Shown piece after piece: positions 35,734 to 45,982 of a stretch of 64,000 nucleotides of DNA. The DNA lies in IMG/VR virus record IMGVR_UViG_3300050016_000100, positions 1-64,000 of that record. One strand, 5' to 3'. This stretch comes from a virus. The position numbers were made by a program, and so were the translations under genes. Positions within the stretch are counted from its first letter, which is position 1, and every line of letters starts with the position of its first letter. The notes below the pieces were generated by a model. The model was not told the DNA's origin. It saw nothing but the letters and a program-made list of their open reading frames with translations, and did no database searches.

Positions 35734-36894
35734 GTGACCGTTCAAATCCTCAAAGGTGATTGCAGGGACGTGTTGCGGACGCTGCCAGCGGAGTCCGTGC
35801 ATTGCGTCGTTACAAGCCCGCCCTATTGGGGCTTGCGGGACTACGGCATTCCTCCGTCGATTTGGGATGACGACCCGGACTGCGATCATCAATGGGGCGA
35901 GACTATTTCGGTCAACGCGACCAATCACACCACGAAGGCCCGATGGAATCACACGCGCAATGGCCGCGACGAATTGCAGCCGACAGAAAAGCGCGTTTCG
36001 TGGTTGCGCACCGAAGTTAAGCAGGGCCAATTCTGCCAACGCTGCGGCGCATGGGCTGGCGCGTTCGGCCTTGAGCCTACCTATCAGCTTTACGTCGATC
36101 ATGCCGTCGATGTGTTCCGCGAAGTTAGCCGCGTCCTGCGGCCGGACGGAACGCTTTGGCTTAACCTGGGTGACTCGTATTGCTCCGGCGGGCGCGCGAC
36201 GTGGCGCAGCGGCGCGAGCGAGAACAAGGGGCAAGACGTTCTCAATGATATGCCGCGTCCGGCGCAGCCGACCGACTTGAAGCCGAAAGACCTGATCGGG
36301 ATTCCGTGGCGGGTTGCCTTCGCATTGCAATCCGATGGCTGGTGGCTGCGGCAGGACGTGATCTGGGCCAAGCCCAATCCTATGCCGGAAAGCGTGACCG
36401 ACCGCTGTACCAAGGCGCACGAATATCTTTTCCTGATGACGAAGAGCGAGCGGTACTACTTCGACGCCGCCATGATTGCCGAAGATGCCACTACGGACGC
36501 CGCTCACAAGCATTGGACAGAACGCAAATACGATCAATCCATGCTTGCGAACAAACAAGAAAATGGTGTCAAAGGCCGTCCGATTGGAGTTGCTGGATAT
36601 ACCGCACCAGGAAAGCGGAATAAGAGGTCGGTTTGGACGGTCAATACTCAACCCTTCCCGGAGGCTCATTTTGCGACCTTCCCTACGGCTCTCGTCGAGC
36701 CTTGCATCAAGGCCGGCTGCCCGAAAGGCGGTGTCGTTCTGGACCCATTCGGCGGCGCGGGTACGACTGGCATGGTGGCTGACAGACTTGAACGAGACGC
36801 GATCCTAATTGAGCTCAATCCAGAGTATGCAGCGATGGCTGACCGGCGCATTCGTGCCGACGCAGGCATGTTCGCTAGCGGTGAGAATGGATGA
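35734..36894 (+). CDS. N4-C/N6-A DNA methyltransferase (beta class), paralogue of 33863..35056
   Basis: VTSPPYWGLRDY, LWLNLGDSY, HFATFP, VLDPFGGAGTT. Confidence 0.92.
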   Translation: MTVQILKGDCRDVLRTLPAESVHCVVTSPPYWGLRDYGIPPSIWDDDPDCDHQWGETISVNATNHTTKARWNHTRNGRDELQPTEKRVSWLRTEVKQGQFCQRCGAWAGAFGLEPTYQLYVDHAVDVFREVSRVLRPDGTLWLNLGDSYCSGGRATWRSGASENKGQDVLNDMPRPAQPTDLKPKDLIGIPWRVAFALQSDGWWLRQDVIWAKPNPMPESVTDRCTKAHEYLFLMTKSERYYFDAAMIAEDATTDAAHKHWTERKYDQSMLANKQENGVKGRPIGVAGYTAPGKRNKRSVWTVNTQPFPEAHFATFPTALVEPCIKAGCPKGGVVLDPFGGAGTTGMVADRLERDAILIELNPEYAAMADRRIRADAGMFASGENG

Positions 36895-37056
36895 TGGCGT
36901 GCGCGGCAGCACTCAAGGCTGTAAGTCGAGTCATCTCGACGGAGCCGAAAACGGCCGAGGAAATTTTTTCAAAGGTGAATTGGTGGACGTTCGACACAAT
37001 AGCGGAGGCGCTTCAAGAACTGGGCGATTATGCACTTGACAATACCAGTAGTTAGT

Positions 37057-37260
37057 TTAGGCGATCCGATCAGCTGTCCGATTGTCCCGTGCTTCATTGG
37101 TCTCGGATTGAAGGATTGCGCGAGCTTCTCGGACCGTGATCTCGCGCGAGAATGGACCCTGCATTTTGCCGGCCAGACGTGATGCCGAGCAAATATCATC
37201 GTACTCCGCCGGAGTGACGTGCATCGTAATCTTGACTCTCCCGTCTTTCGGGCTGGTCAC
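37057..37260 (-). CDS. Small ribbon-helix-helix-like protein
   Basis: VKITMHVTPAEYD.I..A pattern. Confidence 0.45.
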   Translation of the reverse strand: MTSPKDGRVKITMHVTPAEYDDICSASRLAGKMQGPFSREITVREARAILQSETNEARDNRTADRIA

Positions 37261-37442
37261 GAAACCACACCGTTTCGGATTAACTTTGCGATGTAGAGGC
37301 CCACGGCTGGTTCCTGTAATTCGCGGCCGCCGATCTCAGCCAACTTTGCGCATCGCTCCCGTTCGTCGGATCGCACGGCGTCGAACTTATCACCCACTCG
37401 ATCCATCGCCTGCGCTAGAATAGAGTTGCCCATTTTCGGCAT
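37257..37442 (-). CDS. Hypothetical protein, paralogue of 18085..18264
   Basis: AMDRVGDKFDAVRSDERERCA. Confidence 0.55.
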   Translation of the reverse strand: MPKMGNSILAQAMDRVGDKFDAVRSDERERCAKLAEIGGRELQEPAVGLYIAKLIRNGVVS

Positions 37443-38082
37443 CCTGGTGTTGGGGTTATCCACAATGGAAATATCGCGTAACTCGCGCGGCATGTCCAGT
37501 AGCCCGCAGCGACTATTTTCCCTATGCTTCGAATCGTTCGGTTCGCCACGCAGCGGTCTCGACACCTACATCAAACGAAGGGCTAAGGCCCATTCAAGCA
37601 TGAGCACCATAGCGAGGCAGACTGGACCGCCGGCAGCGGCGTCACTGCTGCGACCTATTTGGCGGGCGTTCTGCATCTGGCGATCTCGCCGGGCTGCTGC
37701 CCGCGCCGTACGGGCGATGCACCGATGGAATCACCGCCGCGCAGCCCGTAACATTATCCTCGCATCGAAGTGGGAGCGCCGCGCATGACCGTCCGATGTT
37801 GGAAGCACAACATCGACATGGTCGTCGTGCGGCTCGATCACGGTAATCCAGTCCACCATTGTTCGGAGTGTGTGCGGATCGCACGCGAGAAGGTCGACGC
37901 CGTCTGCGCGGCATTTAGGGCGAAGGCGGGAAGATCCCGGCTCGGCGTTCGTCTTGCGGTTGACCAGAAACGACGAGCCTTGTAGAAACGCGGCAATCGC
38001 GAGAGTTGTCAGTAGTCGCGCCCGGACGTGCTTTGCGTATCCGCCCGGGCGCGCGTTCGTTTTCCAGGACCAACTGCCGCCA

Positions 38083-38622
38083 ATGGCCGACGATGCCCTC
38101 CGCTGGTACGCCGCCCGCGCCAAGCCTGGGCACGAGCGTGTCGCAATGGTGAATCTCGCGCGCCAAGACTTCCCCGCCTATTATCCGCAGATCACTATCG
38201 AGCGGCGCCGGCGCGACCGAATCGTGAACGACACCGAACCGCTTTTCCCTGGCTATATCCTGATCCAGTTCGAGCTCGCGGTGGGCGCGTGGAAAGCGAT
38301 CAACGGAACGCGTGGGATAATTCGGCTGCTAGGTTTCGGCGACGAGGGCACGCCATCGCCGCTTCCGATCGGTGAGATCGAGCGGCTCCAGGACCGCGAA
38401 ACATCCGGATCGCTGTGCGTTTCCGAGGTGGTGCGCATCAGCCGCGACGACGTCTGCCGGATCAAGTTCGGTAATGCCGTGGACAAGATCGGACCGGTGC
38501 TGCGCACCCGCGGCGAGCGGATCACGCTGCTTTTAGATTTACTCGGGCGCAAAGTTCCTGTAACGGTGCCAATGCACGCTCTCGAGGTTGTCCATCGGGC
38601 CGATTCACGCCCGATGCGGTAG
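38083..38622 (+). CDS. NusG/RfaH-like late antitermination factor
   Basis: WY.....PG.E, PLFPGY..I, I..TRG, KOW-like C-terminal domain LLGR.V.V. Confidence 0.85.
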   Translation: MADDALRWYAARAKPGHERVAMVNLARQDFPAYYPQITIERRRRDRIVNDTEPLFPGYILIQFELAVGAWKAINGTRGIIRLLGFGDEGTPSPLPIGEIERLQDRETSGSLCVSEVVRISRDDVCRIKFGNAVDKIGPVLRTRGERITLLLDLLGRKVPVTVPMHALEVVHRADSRPMR

Positions 38623-38946
38623 CCACTGACCGGAGAGAATCCAATGCGCTAAGGAAACGCGCGCGGCGTAGGGCGAGAAGGGCCATGCCCAAGTCCGCGA
38701 ATCATCTGAAGTGATTCATCGTCGCGCGCATCCTTCGGGGCCGGAACTAATAAGGCACTTTTAAGTGCTTTTTAAGTGCGAGTGCCGCGCCCACGAGTCC
38801 GAGAACATCCACCTACCCCCAAAACACACCTACGCAGTCGGGGTCAGCCATCTCGACGGCGTGGACGCGTCCCGTCCTCGGAACCGTCGCCCCCCGATGG
38901 GCGGGACGCACTTGAAAACTATTCGGAACAAAAGTAGCTTCGTGCA

Positions 38947-39417
38947 ATGCCACGAGCAGTTAAGGGCCAAAGGTTCGGCGGGCGCCTGAAGGGCGTGCCG
39001 AACAAAGCGACTATCGAGAGGGCGCTTCTCGCTGAGCGCGCGATTGCTGAGGCGAAGGCCAATGCGAAGCCGCTCGCGCGAGAAGTCCTCGATCAGTTCA
39101 TGCAGCTTTTCGCCGGGATGGCAGCGCATCACCAGCCGATGCCGGCAGGCCAGATGGCGCCACCGGATCGGAATCCGGATGAGACGAAGTTCGAGAAGTG
39201 GGCGCGGCTCGCCGTTCAATGCGCGAAGGACCTCGCGCCTTACCAGAGCCCGACGTTCCGCGCGATTGTGGTGGCGCCGACGCCTGAAAGCCCGAGGGGC
39301 AAGATCACGCGGTTTACGCTCGAGATATTTGATCGCACCGGACGCGGGCCGATCAAAGGGGCGAATGGCGCAGCCGGTAATGGAAAGGTGATCGAGCACG
39401 AGGCTGACGCATGGTGA
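38947..39417 (+). CDS. Probable terminase small subunit
   Basis: GGR.KG.PNK.T N-terminus; A..LAPY..P; upstream of TerL. Confidence 0.65.
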   Translation: MPRAVKGQRFGGRLKGVPNKATIERALLAERAIAEAKANAKPLAREVLDQFMQLFAGMAAHHQPMPAGQMAPPDRNPDETKFEKWARLAVQCAKDLAPYQSPTFRAIVVAPTPESPRGKITRFTLEIFDRTGRGPIKGANGAAGNGKVIEHEADAW

Positions 39418-39746
39418 ATTGGCAGTTTGAGATCGGCAAGCAAGTCGTCTGCATCAAAAAAGATGGCGACTGGACATGGGAGCCGCCCGAGATCGCGGCT
39501 GGATGTCGAGGGCCACTCCACGGCGATGTGCTGACGATCCGATCCATCAAGAATCATGAGCTCGGCGCGATCGGCATCGCTTTACAATTCTATGAGATCG
39601 TCAATCCGCCAGTGAAGTATTTGAACGGCGATCACGAGTGTCTATTTGACGCCGTTTACTTTCGACCTGTGAGGCGCACGGACATCTCCGAACTCCGCAA
39701 GCTGACGGTTCCGCGGCCGTCGGTGCGAGTGGCGGAGGACGCATAG
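39411..39746 (+). CDS. Hypothetical protein
   Basis: Paralogue of 14116..14445. Confidence 0.65.
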   Translation: MVNWQFEIGKQVVCIKKDGDWTWEPPEIAAGCRGPLHGDVLTIRSIKNHELGAIGIALQFYEIVNPPVKYLNGDHECLFDAVYFRPVRRTDISELRKLTVPRPSVRVAEDA

Positions 39747-41005
39747 TGGCCATTGCTGCGGACGAGCATCTGCTCAAATACAGCCGGCCGTTCCTTTACC
39801 CGAAACAGCGGGCCGCAATCTTCGACGCCAGGCGTTATTCGATCACCGAAGCATCGACAAAGTCCGGTAAGACTTCGGGTGCAATCGTCTGGATCACCGA
39901 GATGGCATTCGCTGGCTGTGCCGGGTGGAATTACTGGTGGGTTGCACCGGTCAGCGGCCAGGCCGACATCGCCTTCCGCCGATGCTTGCGCGCGATCCCG
40001 CGCGAGCTCGCGACACCGAACATCACGCTCAAGACGATCACGCTCGTCAACGGCGCGATCATCTGGTTCAAGTCCGGCGACAAGCCCGACTCGCTCTACG
40101 GCGAGGACGTCTACGCCGCCGTAGTCGACGAGGCCTCCCGCACGAAGGAGGATGCGTGGTACGCGCTGCGTACAACGCTGACCGCCACGCGCGGGCCGGT
40201 CCGGATCATCGGCAACGTCAAGGGGCGCCGGAACTGGTTCTTTCAGATGGCGCGGCGGGCAGAGGCCGGAGCGCCCGACATGGGCTACCATAAGCTGGTC
40301 GCGGCTGACGCTATCGAAGCCGGCGTTCTCGATGCCGACGAGGTCGAAGACGCGCGGCGCAATTTGCCGGACCGGGTGTTCCGCGAACTCTATCTCGCCG
40401 AGCCATCGGATGACGAAGGCAACCCGTTCGGCCTTGCGGCCATCGCCGAGTGCATACAGCCACTTCAACCTGGCGTTCCTACCGTATGGGGGTGGGACCT
40501 CGCGAAGCACGTCGACTGGACCGTGGGCATCGCGTTCGACAAGCAAGGGCAGACCTGCCGGTTCGATCGTTTTCAGATGCCGTGGGACGAGACGATGACG
40601 AGAATCCACGCCGCGACCGGCCGCACCCCGGCGCTGGTGGATTCCACCGGTGTCGGCGATCCGATTGTCGAGATGCTGCAGAAGAAACCAGGATCGAAGT
40701 TCGAGGGCTACGGCTTCACCGGCCCATCGAAGCAGAAACTAATGGAAGGCCTGGCGGTCGCGATCCAATCGAAGTCGATCACGTTTCCGGCCGGACCGAT
40801 CACCCTCGAGCTCGAGCAATTCGAATATGAATACACCAAGACCGGCGTGCGCTATGGTGCGCCGGAGGGTTTTCACGATGACTGCGTCTGCGCGCTCGCG
40901 CTCGCGGTCATGCACAAGGGACACGCGCGGATGCCGATGAAGATCAGCAACGAAGCCATCGCGCGCGCCCACCGCGGCGGTTTGCGTGGAGCGCTGCGAC
41001 CGTGA
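39746..41005 (+). CDS. terL: Terminase large subunit
   Basis: Walker A STKSGKT, Walker B VVDEA, nuclease GWDLA..D.T, HDD.V.ALAL. Confidence 0.92.
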   Translation: MAIAADEHLLKYSRPFLYPKQRAAIFDARRYSITEASTKSGKTSGAIVWITEMAFAGCAGWNYWWVAPVSGQADIAFRRCLRAIPRELATPNITLKTITLVNGAIIWFKSGDKPDSLYGEDVYAAVVDEASRTKEDAWYALRTTLTATRGPVRIIGNVKGRRNWFFQMARRAEAGAPDMGYHKLVAADAIEAGVLDADEVEDARRNLPDRVFRELYLAEPSDDEGNPFGLAAIAECIQPLQPGVPTVWGWDLAKHVDWTVGIAFDKQGQTCRFDRFQMPWDETMTRIHAATGRTPALVDSTGVGDPIVEMLQKKPGSKFEGYGFTGPSKQKLMEGLAVAIQSKSITFPAGPITLELEQFEYEYTKTGVRYGAPEGFHDDCVCALALAVMHKGHARMPMKISNEAIARAHRGGLRGALRP

Positions 41006-42591
41006 AACGCAAGAACGTCGAGCAGCTGGTATTCGATGTCGTGGCGAAGATCGACGCCAAACGCGAAAAGGCTGCGCCGGCATCGGAGCCCGCGCCAGTA
41101 AAGGCCGCGCGCAAGCCGGTCAAGATCGGCGACATCGCGCTCGGTCGCGCCAAGGCGAATCGTCGTCGCGCCATCAATCCGTTCATCCTGGCGAACCATC
41201 CGCCGAGCGTCTTTCCTAAGGGCGTCAAGCCCACGATGGCGCAGGATAAGGCGATTAACGATTCGCTGGACTGGGCGGCACAGTCGATTCAGTCCGGGTT
41301 ATTCGAGGAAGGGCTCGCGTTCCTGGGTTACCCGTACCTGGCCGAGCTCGCGCAGCGGGCGGAGTATCGCGTCATCAGCGAGACGCTCGCGACCGAGGCC
41401 ACGCGCAAGTGGATTAAGATCGAGGCCGCCGGCGATACCGACAAGACCGATGAGATCAAGGCGATCGAGGCCGAGTTCGTCCGGCTCAAGGTCCAGGACA
41501 TATTCCGCGAAATATCGGAACAGGACGGATTCTTCGGTCGCAGCCATCTCTACATCGACACGGGCGAGGGCGACGATCGCAAGGAACTCATCACGCCGAT
41601 CGGTGACGGTCGCAATGACGTCACCACGGCGAAGTTCAAGAAGGGATCGCTTACTCGACTCAAGGCAGTCGAGCCGGTGTGGTGCTACCCGGCCCGGTAC
41701 AATTCGAACGATCCGCTCGCGGTCGACTGGTACAAGCCCGAGTCGTGGTTCGTGATGGGCAAGGAACTCCACGCCTCGCGCCTGCTGACATTCGTCGGTC
41801 GCGAGGTGCCGGACATGCTCAAGCCGGCGTATTCGTTCGGCGGTCTGTCAATGTCGCAGATGGCGAAGCCTACCGTCGACAACTGGCTTCGCACACGGGC
41901 GAGCGTTTCGGACCTCATCAAAGCGTTCTCGGTGATGGTGATATCGACCGATATGAGCGAGGTCCTATCTGGTGGTGGCGATGAGTTCTTCAGGCGCCTC
42001 GATTTTTTCAATGCGAACCGCGACAACAACGGCATCATGGCGGTTAACAAGGATTCCGAGGAACTCACAAACGTTTCGGCCCCGCTCGGCACGCTCGACA
42101 CTCTTCAGGCGCAATCGCAGGAGCACATGGCGTCGGTGAGCCGAACGCCTATCGTCAAGCTGCTCGGTATCCAGCCGGCGGGCCTGAATGCGTCGTCGGA
42201 AGGCGAGATCAAGACCTGGGACGACTGGGTTGCGGCCTACCAGCAGCGTTTCTTCCTCGAGCCGCTCACCCGGATTCTTGGGTTCGCGCAGATGAACTTG
42301 TACGGCAAGGTCGATCCGGACATCACAATCGCATTCGAACCGCTCAGGCAGATGACCGAGAAGGAGATCGGCGAGATCGACAAGGCCGAGGCCGAGGCGG
42401 ACCAGATTCGCATCGACACCGGGGTGATCTCGGCCGAGGAAGCGCGCAGGGCGCTCGCGGCGAAGGAAGACTCTCGTTATGCCGGCATCGACGTCGAAGA
42501 CGTCCCGGACCTCAAGGAAGAGGAAGCCGAGGGTCTCCAGCCGAAAGGCCAGAAAGGCTCCGGCGGTGAGGGCGGAGACGATGGCGATTAA
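41002..42591 (+). CDS. Portal protein (DUF1073 family)
   Basis: FLGYPYLAELAQRAEYR; KLLGI.P.GLNASSEGE. Confidence 0.88.
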   Translation: MKRKNVEQLVFDVVAKIDAKREKAAPASEPAPVKAARKPVKIGDIALGRAKANRRRAINPFILANHPPSVFPKGVKPTMAQDKAINDSLDWAAQSIQSGLFEEGLAFLGYPYLAELAQRAEYRVISETLATEATRKWIKIEAAGDTDKTDEIKAIEAEFVRLKVQDIFREISEQDGFFGRSHLYIDTGEGDDRKELITPIGDGRNDVTTAKFKKGSLTRLKAVEPVWCYPARYNSNDPLAVDWYKPESWFVMGKELHASRLLTFVGREVPDMLKPAYSFGGLSMSQMAKPTVDNWLRTRASVSDLIKAFSVMVISTDMSEVLSGGGDEFFRRLDFFNANRDNNGIMAVNKDSEELTNVSAPLGTLDTLQAQSQEHMASVSRTPIVKLLGIQPAGLNASSEGEIKTWDDWVAAYQQRFFLEPLTRILGFAQMNLYGKVDPDITIAFEPLRQMTEKEIGEIDKAEAEADQIRIDTGVISAEEARRALAAKEDSRYAGIDVEDVPDLKEEEAEGLQPKGQKGSGGEGGDDGD

Positions 42592-43468
42592 ACTCCGCGA
42601 ACCAGACCTTAACGACATGTATCAGCGGCCCTATATGGCGCCGCGCCCGGCCACCGCACCGATCGCCAAGGACGCCGCCCCGCGAAAGAAGGGGGCAACC
42701 GTTCTTCCTTCGGTCCAGCCGAACGTCGGCATCGAGGCAGCCTACCGCAGGCGCATGTATGCGCTGATCGAGGCGATGCACAACTCGATCATCTATTGGA
42801 TCAAGGCAGCCTACAAAAAGAACGCGCCGGCGATCGCCCAGGATACTGCGGCCGACGAGCTGCGGATCGCCATGCGCAAGCTCGCGCGGCAGTGGCGCAA
42901 GAACTTCGATGAGGCAGCCCCGGAGCTCGCCGATTACTTCGCGACGGAAGCGTCTGAGCGGTCAGATGGCTCGCTGCGGTCAATCCTGCGGCGGGCCGGC
43001 ATGTCGGTCAGGTTCAAGATGACGGCCGCAGCGCGCGACATAATGGACGCGACGATCAATGCGCAGGTTGGGCTGATCCGGTCGATCTCGCAGGAATACC
43101 TCACCGCCGTCGAGGGCATCGTCATGCGATCGGTCCAGACCGGGGGCGATCTCGGGCAGCTATCGCAGGATTTACAGGCGCAGTTCGGCGTTACGAAACG
43201 CCGCGCCGCGCTGATCGCGCGCCACCAGAACAACATGGCGACGTCCGCAATGACCCGCGCGCGCCAGCAGGAGCTCGGGCTCAATACCGCCCGCTGGCGG
43301 CATAGCCACGCTGGCAAGGAACCCCGCCCGACGCACGTTGCTATGGACGGGAAGACCTATGACGTGCGAAAGGGAATGTGGGACCCCGCGGAAGGGCGCC
43401 GCGTGTGGCCGGGCGAACTAATAAACTGCCGATGCACGTCGCAGACGGTGGTGCCGGGATTCGGATAA
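42581..43468 (+). CDS. Minor head morphogenesis protein (Mu gpF-like)
   Basis: RA.LIAR.Q, W.HS..G..PRP.H, PG..INCRC. Confidence 0.88.
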   Translation: MAIKLREPDLNDMYQRPYMAPRPATAPIAKDAAPRKKGATVLPSVQPNVGIEAAYRRRMYALIEAMHNSIIYWIKAAYKKNAPAIAQDTAADELRIAMRKLARQWRKNFDEAAPELADYFATEASERSDGSLRSILRRAGMSVRFKMTAAARDIMDATINAQVGLIRSISQEYLTAVEGIVMRSVQTGGDLGQLSQDLQAQFGVTKRRAALIARHQNNMATSAMTRARQQELGLNTARWRHSHAGKEPRPTHVAMDGKTYDVRKGMWDPAEGRRVWPGELINCRCTSQTVVPGFG

Positions 43469-43819
43469 ATGCCTACGCTGCGAACGCTCGACGCGACCTT
43501 CATCAAACACGAAGTGCGGGACGGTCACGACTATCACGTTCACGTCGACCGGATCGAAGACGCCCAGGGCGTCCAGTTCCTATGCCCGAAGTGTTTCGTG
43601 GCTAATGGCGGCGCTGTCGGCACCCACCAGGTCATCTGCTGGTCGCGCAGCCGCGGTGTGCCTGACGAGGTCCGCCCGCAGCCCGGTAGGTGGAAGATCG
43701 ACGGCACCAGCATCGATGACCTGACCCTGAACGCCGATCCGCCGGCGACGCAGCGATCAGTTGCGATCACTGGCGGGTGTGGGTGGCACGGCCACGTCAC
43801 GAACGGAGCCGCAGAATGA
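43469..43819 (+). CDS. DUF6527-like zinc-binding protein
   Basis: F.CPKC...H...W...LTL...S....C.WHG.VTNG. Confidence 0.55.
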   Translation: MPTLRTLDATFIKHEVRDGHDYHVHVDRIEDAQGVQFLCPKCFVANGGAVGTHQVICWSRSRGVPDEVRPQPGRWKIDGTSIDDLTLNADPPATQRSVAITGGCGWHGHVTNGAAE

Positions 43820-44007
43820 TGGCGCGCATGATCATCGATCAGAATGGCTACTTCGCCGCTCCGCCGGCACTCATCGGCGCAACCGACGCGGAGATCGTCG
43901 CCATGTACGAAAACAGGCTGCCGGCTGATCGCGCGACTGTGATCGCCAACGGTCTTCTGAGCGCTGCGATCGCGCTCAACAACACGCAACCCGCAGGACG
44001 ATGCTGA
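43816..44007 (+). CDS. Hypothetical protein
   Basis: Coupled ORF. Confidence 0.45.
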   Translation: MMARMIIDQNGYFAAPPALIGATDAEIVAMYENRLPADRATVIANGLLSAAIALNNTQPAGRC

Positions 44008-44008
44008 C

Positions 44009-45970
44009 GTGACGACGATTGCGACTGACCCTCCAGTATCTGAGAAACAGCGCCGCGCGATGTTCGCCGCACGCGAGGGCCGCAGCACGCTGGGGATTCC
44101 GAAGAAGGTCGGCGAGGAGTTCGTCGGTAGCAAGGACGCCAAGCCCGCGGCTGGGGTCGCCATCACCGGCCCAGGAAACACGGCGCTGTTCCTGAAGCGG
44201 GCGCGCACTGCCGATCATCCGGGCGAATGGTGCTGGCCTGGTGGCGGCATCGAGGCAGGAGAGAAGCCGGAGGATGCGGCCCGCCGCGAGACCGCCGAGG
44301 AAACCGGATATAAACTGAACGGCATCAAGCCAATTCATCGCGCGATCAGCGACGATGGCGTCGACTTCACGACCTTTCACCAAGACGTCGGCGAACATTT
44401 CGTCCCGAAGGTCAATGACGAACATGCCGGATGGGCGTGGGCGTCGATGAGCGACCCGCCGCAGCCGCTTCACCCAGGCGTCAAGGCGATGCTCGAGAAG
44501 GTTACGAAGGACGCGGACGTGCGTGCCCATGATCAGGCACTCGCCCTCGATCGCTCGTCGGTCCGGTCATACGATAAGGATGGCCGGATGCGCGTCGAAC
44601 GCGCGCACATCAGTAAGGCGAACGTCTGCCCGTATAACGGCAGCGAGATCCCGGATTACGAGGCGCTCGGTCTCGATCCGAACAAAGTCTACCAGCTATT
44701 CCGCGATCCGGACGAGCTCGCCAAGGCGGCGCCGACGTTCAACGGAATCCAGCTCCTGCTCAAACACGTCCCGGTCAACGCGGACGATCACCAGCCAGAC
44801 CTGGTCGTCGGCACGACGGCGACCGGCGCGGAGTTCAATGCTCCGTACCTCGACAATGGTCTCATCGTCTGGGTGCGTGAAGGCATCGATGCAATCGAAT
44901 CCGAGAAGCAGAAGGAACTGTCCAGCGCGTATCGCTACCGCGCCGACATGACGCCGGGCGCCTATCAAGGCGTCCCCTACGATGGCGTCATGCGGGACAT
45001 CGTCGGAAACCACGTAGCGCTCGTAGAAGAAGGCAGAGCCGGGGCCGATGTGGTCGTCGGCGATGCCGCCACCCAAAAACTAGAGGAGCTATTCATGACG
45101 AAGCCTGTCGTGCTGTCACGCAAGGCGGCGATGGTTCAGGGGGCGCTCGCCGTCTACCTGAAGCCGAAGCTCGCCAACGACGCGAAGATCGACCTGGTGC
45201 CGACGCTCAAGGATCTCACCAGTAAGAACTTCGCGGAAAAGAAACCGGGGGTCATCACCAGCCTGAAGGAGATCACAAAGGACAAGCTCGCAAAGGACGC
45301 GAGCCTCGACGATGTGACCGGCCTGCTCGACGCGCTCGAGAAGGCTGAGATGGCCGAAGGCGATGCGACCGAGCCGAACTCCGGGCTTCCGCTTGTCGGC
45401 GGCAAGAAGGACGAGACGATGGACGCTGCCACCGAGTTCCTGAAGGGCAAGCTCTCATCCGACGACTTTTCCAAGTTCGAGGAGATGTCGAAGGAGAAGA
45501 AGGCTGGCGACGCGACCGAGACCCCTGAGGAAAAGGCGGCGCGCGAGGCCAAGGACAAGGCAGCGAAGGATGCCGCCGACAAAAAGGCGAAGGACGAGGC
45601 CGAAGCCGAGAAGGACAAGCCGACGAAAGCCGGCATGGACGCGGCGATCGCCAAGGCGACCCAGGACACCGAAGCACGCGTACTCAAGACCCAGCGCGAT
45701 CTCCGGGAAGCCGAGGAAGCCGTCCGACCCTACGTCGGCAAGCTCGCCATCGCGCACGATAGCGCCGAGTCGGTCTACCGCACCGCGCTCACGACTCTCG
45801 GCGTCGACAAGGCGGACGTCGAAGGGCTCGCCATTGGCGGCCTGAAGGCGATCCTCAAGCAGATGCCGTTGGCCGATGCCAAGGACAAGAAGCCGATCGC
45901 GATGGATGCGTCGGCACTCAAAGACTTCAGCGCGCGTTATCCCGACGCCGCGAAAATCACGCTCGGATAA
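44009..45970 (+). CDS. Prohead protease/scaffold (DUF2213) with N-terminal Nudix hydrolase
   Basis: Nudix box GGGIEAGEKPEDAARRETAEETG; ISKANVCPY.G.EIP, ELS..Y, NHVALVE.GRAG. Confidence 0.88.
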   Translation: MTTIATDPPVSEKQRRAMFAAREGRSTLGIPKKVGEEFVGSKDAKPAAGVAITGPGNTALFLKRARTADHPGEWCWPGGGIEAGEKPEDAARRETAEETGYKLNGIKPIHRAISDDGVDFTTFHQDVGEHFVPKVNDEHAGWAWASMSDPPQPLHPGVKAMLEKVTKDADVRAHDQALALDRSSVRSYDKDGRMRVERAHISKANVCPYNGSEIPDYEALGLDPNKVYQLFRDPDELAKAAPTFNGIQLLLKHVPVNADDHQPDLVVGTTATGAEFNAPYLDNGLIVWVREGIDAIESEKQKELSSAYRYRADMTPGAYQGVPYDGVMRDIVGNHVALVEEGRAGADVVVGDAATQKLEELFMTKPVVLSRKAAMVQGALAVYLKPKLANDAKIDLVPTLKDLTSKNFAEKKPGVITSLKEITKDKLAKDASLDDVTGLLDALEKAEMAEGDATEPNSGLPLVGGKKDETMDAATEFLKGKLSSDDFSKFEEMSKEKKAGDATETPEEKAAREAKDKAAKDAADKKAKDEAEAEKDKPTKAGMDAAIAKATQDTEARVLKTQRDLREAEEAVRPYVGKLAIAHDSAESVYRTALTTLGVDKADVEGLAIGGLKAILKQMPLADAKDKKPIAMDASALKDFSARYPDAAKITLG

Positions 45971-45982
45971 GGAGAGACCCTC

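Larger units (their letters stand above)
33130..35759 (+). mobile_element. IS1595-family element (left end intact, transposase interrupted, right end not found)
   Basis: Left terminus GGGAATTATACGCTTGACTCCC interrupts an ORF starting MSDHPIIFS at 33103; transposase halves; small basic ORF 35637..35759. Confidence 0.75.

Noticed and set aside
33125-36669. 651-aa and 530-aa minus-strand ORFs
   Set aside because: Antisense to transposase and methyltransferases; no recognisable motifs
38625-38760. tRNA after the NusG-like gene
   Set aside because: No cloverleaf or TTCGA T-loop discernible
41002-42591. Anti-CBASS Acb1 function for the DUF1073 protein
   Set aside because: Position and motifs indicate portal; no extra 2H-phosphoesterase domain seen
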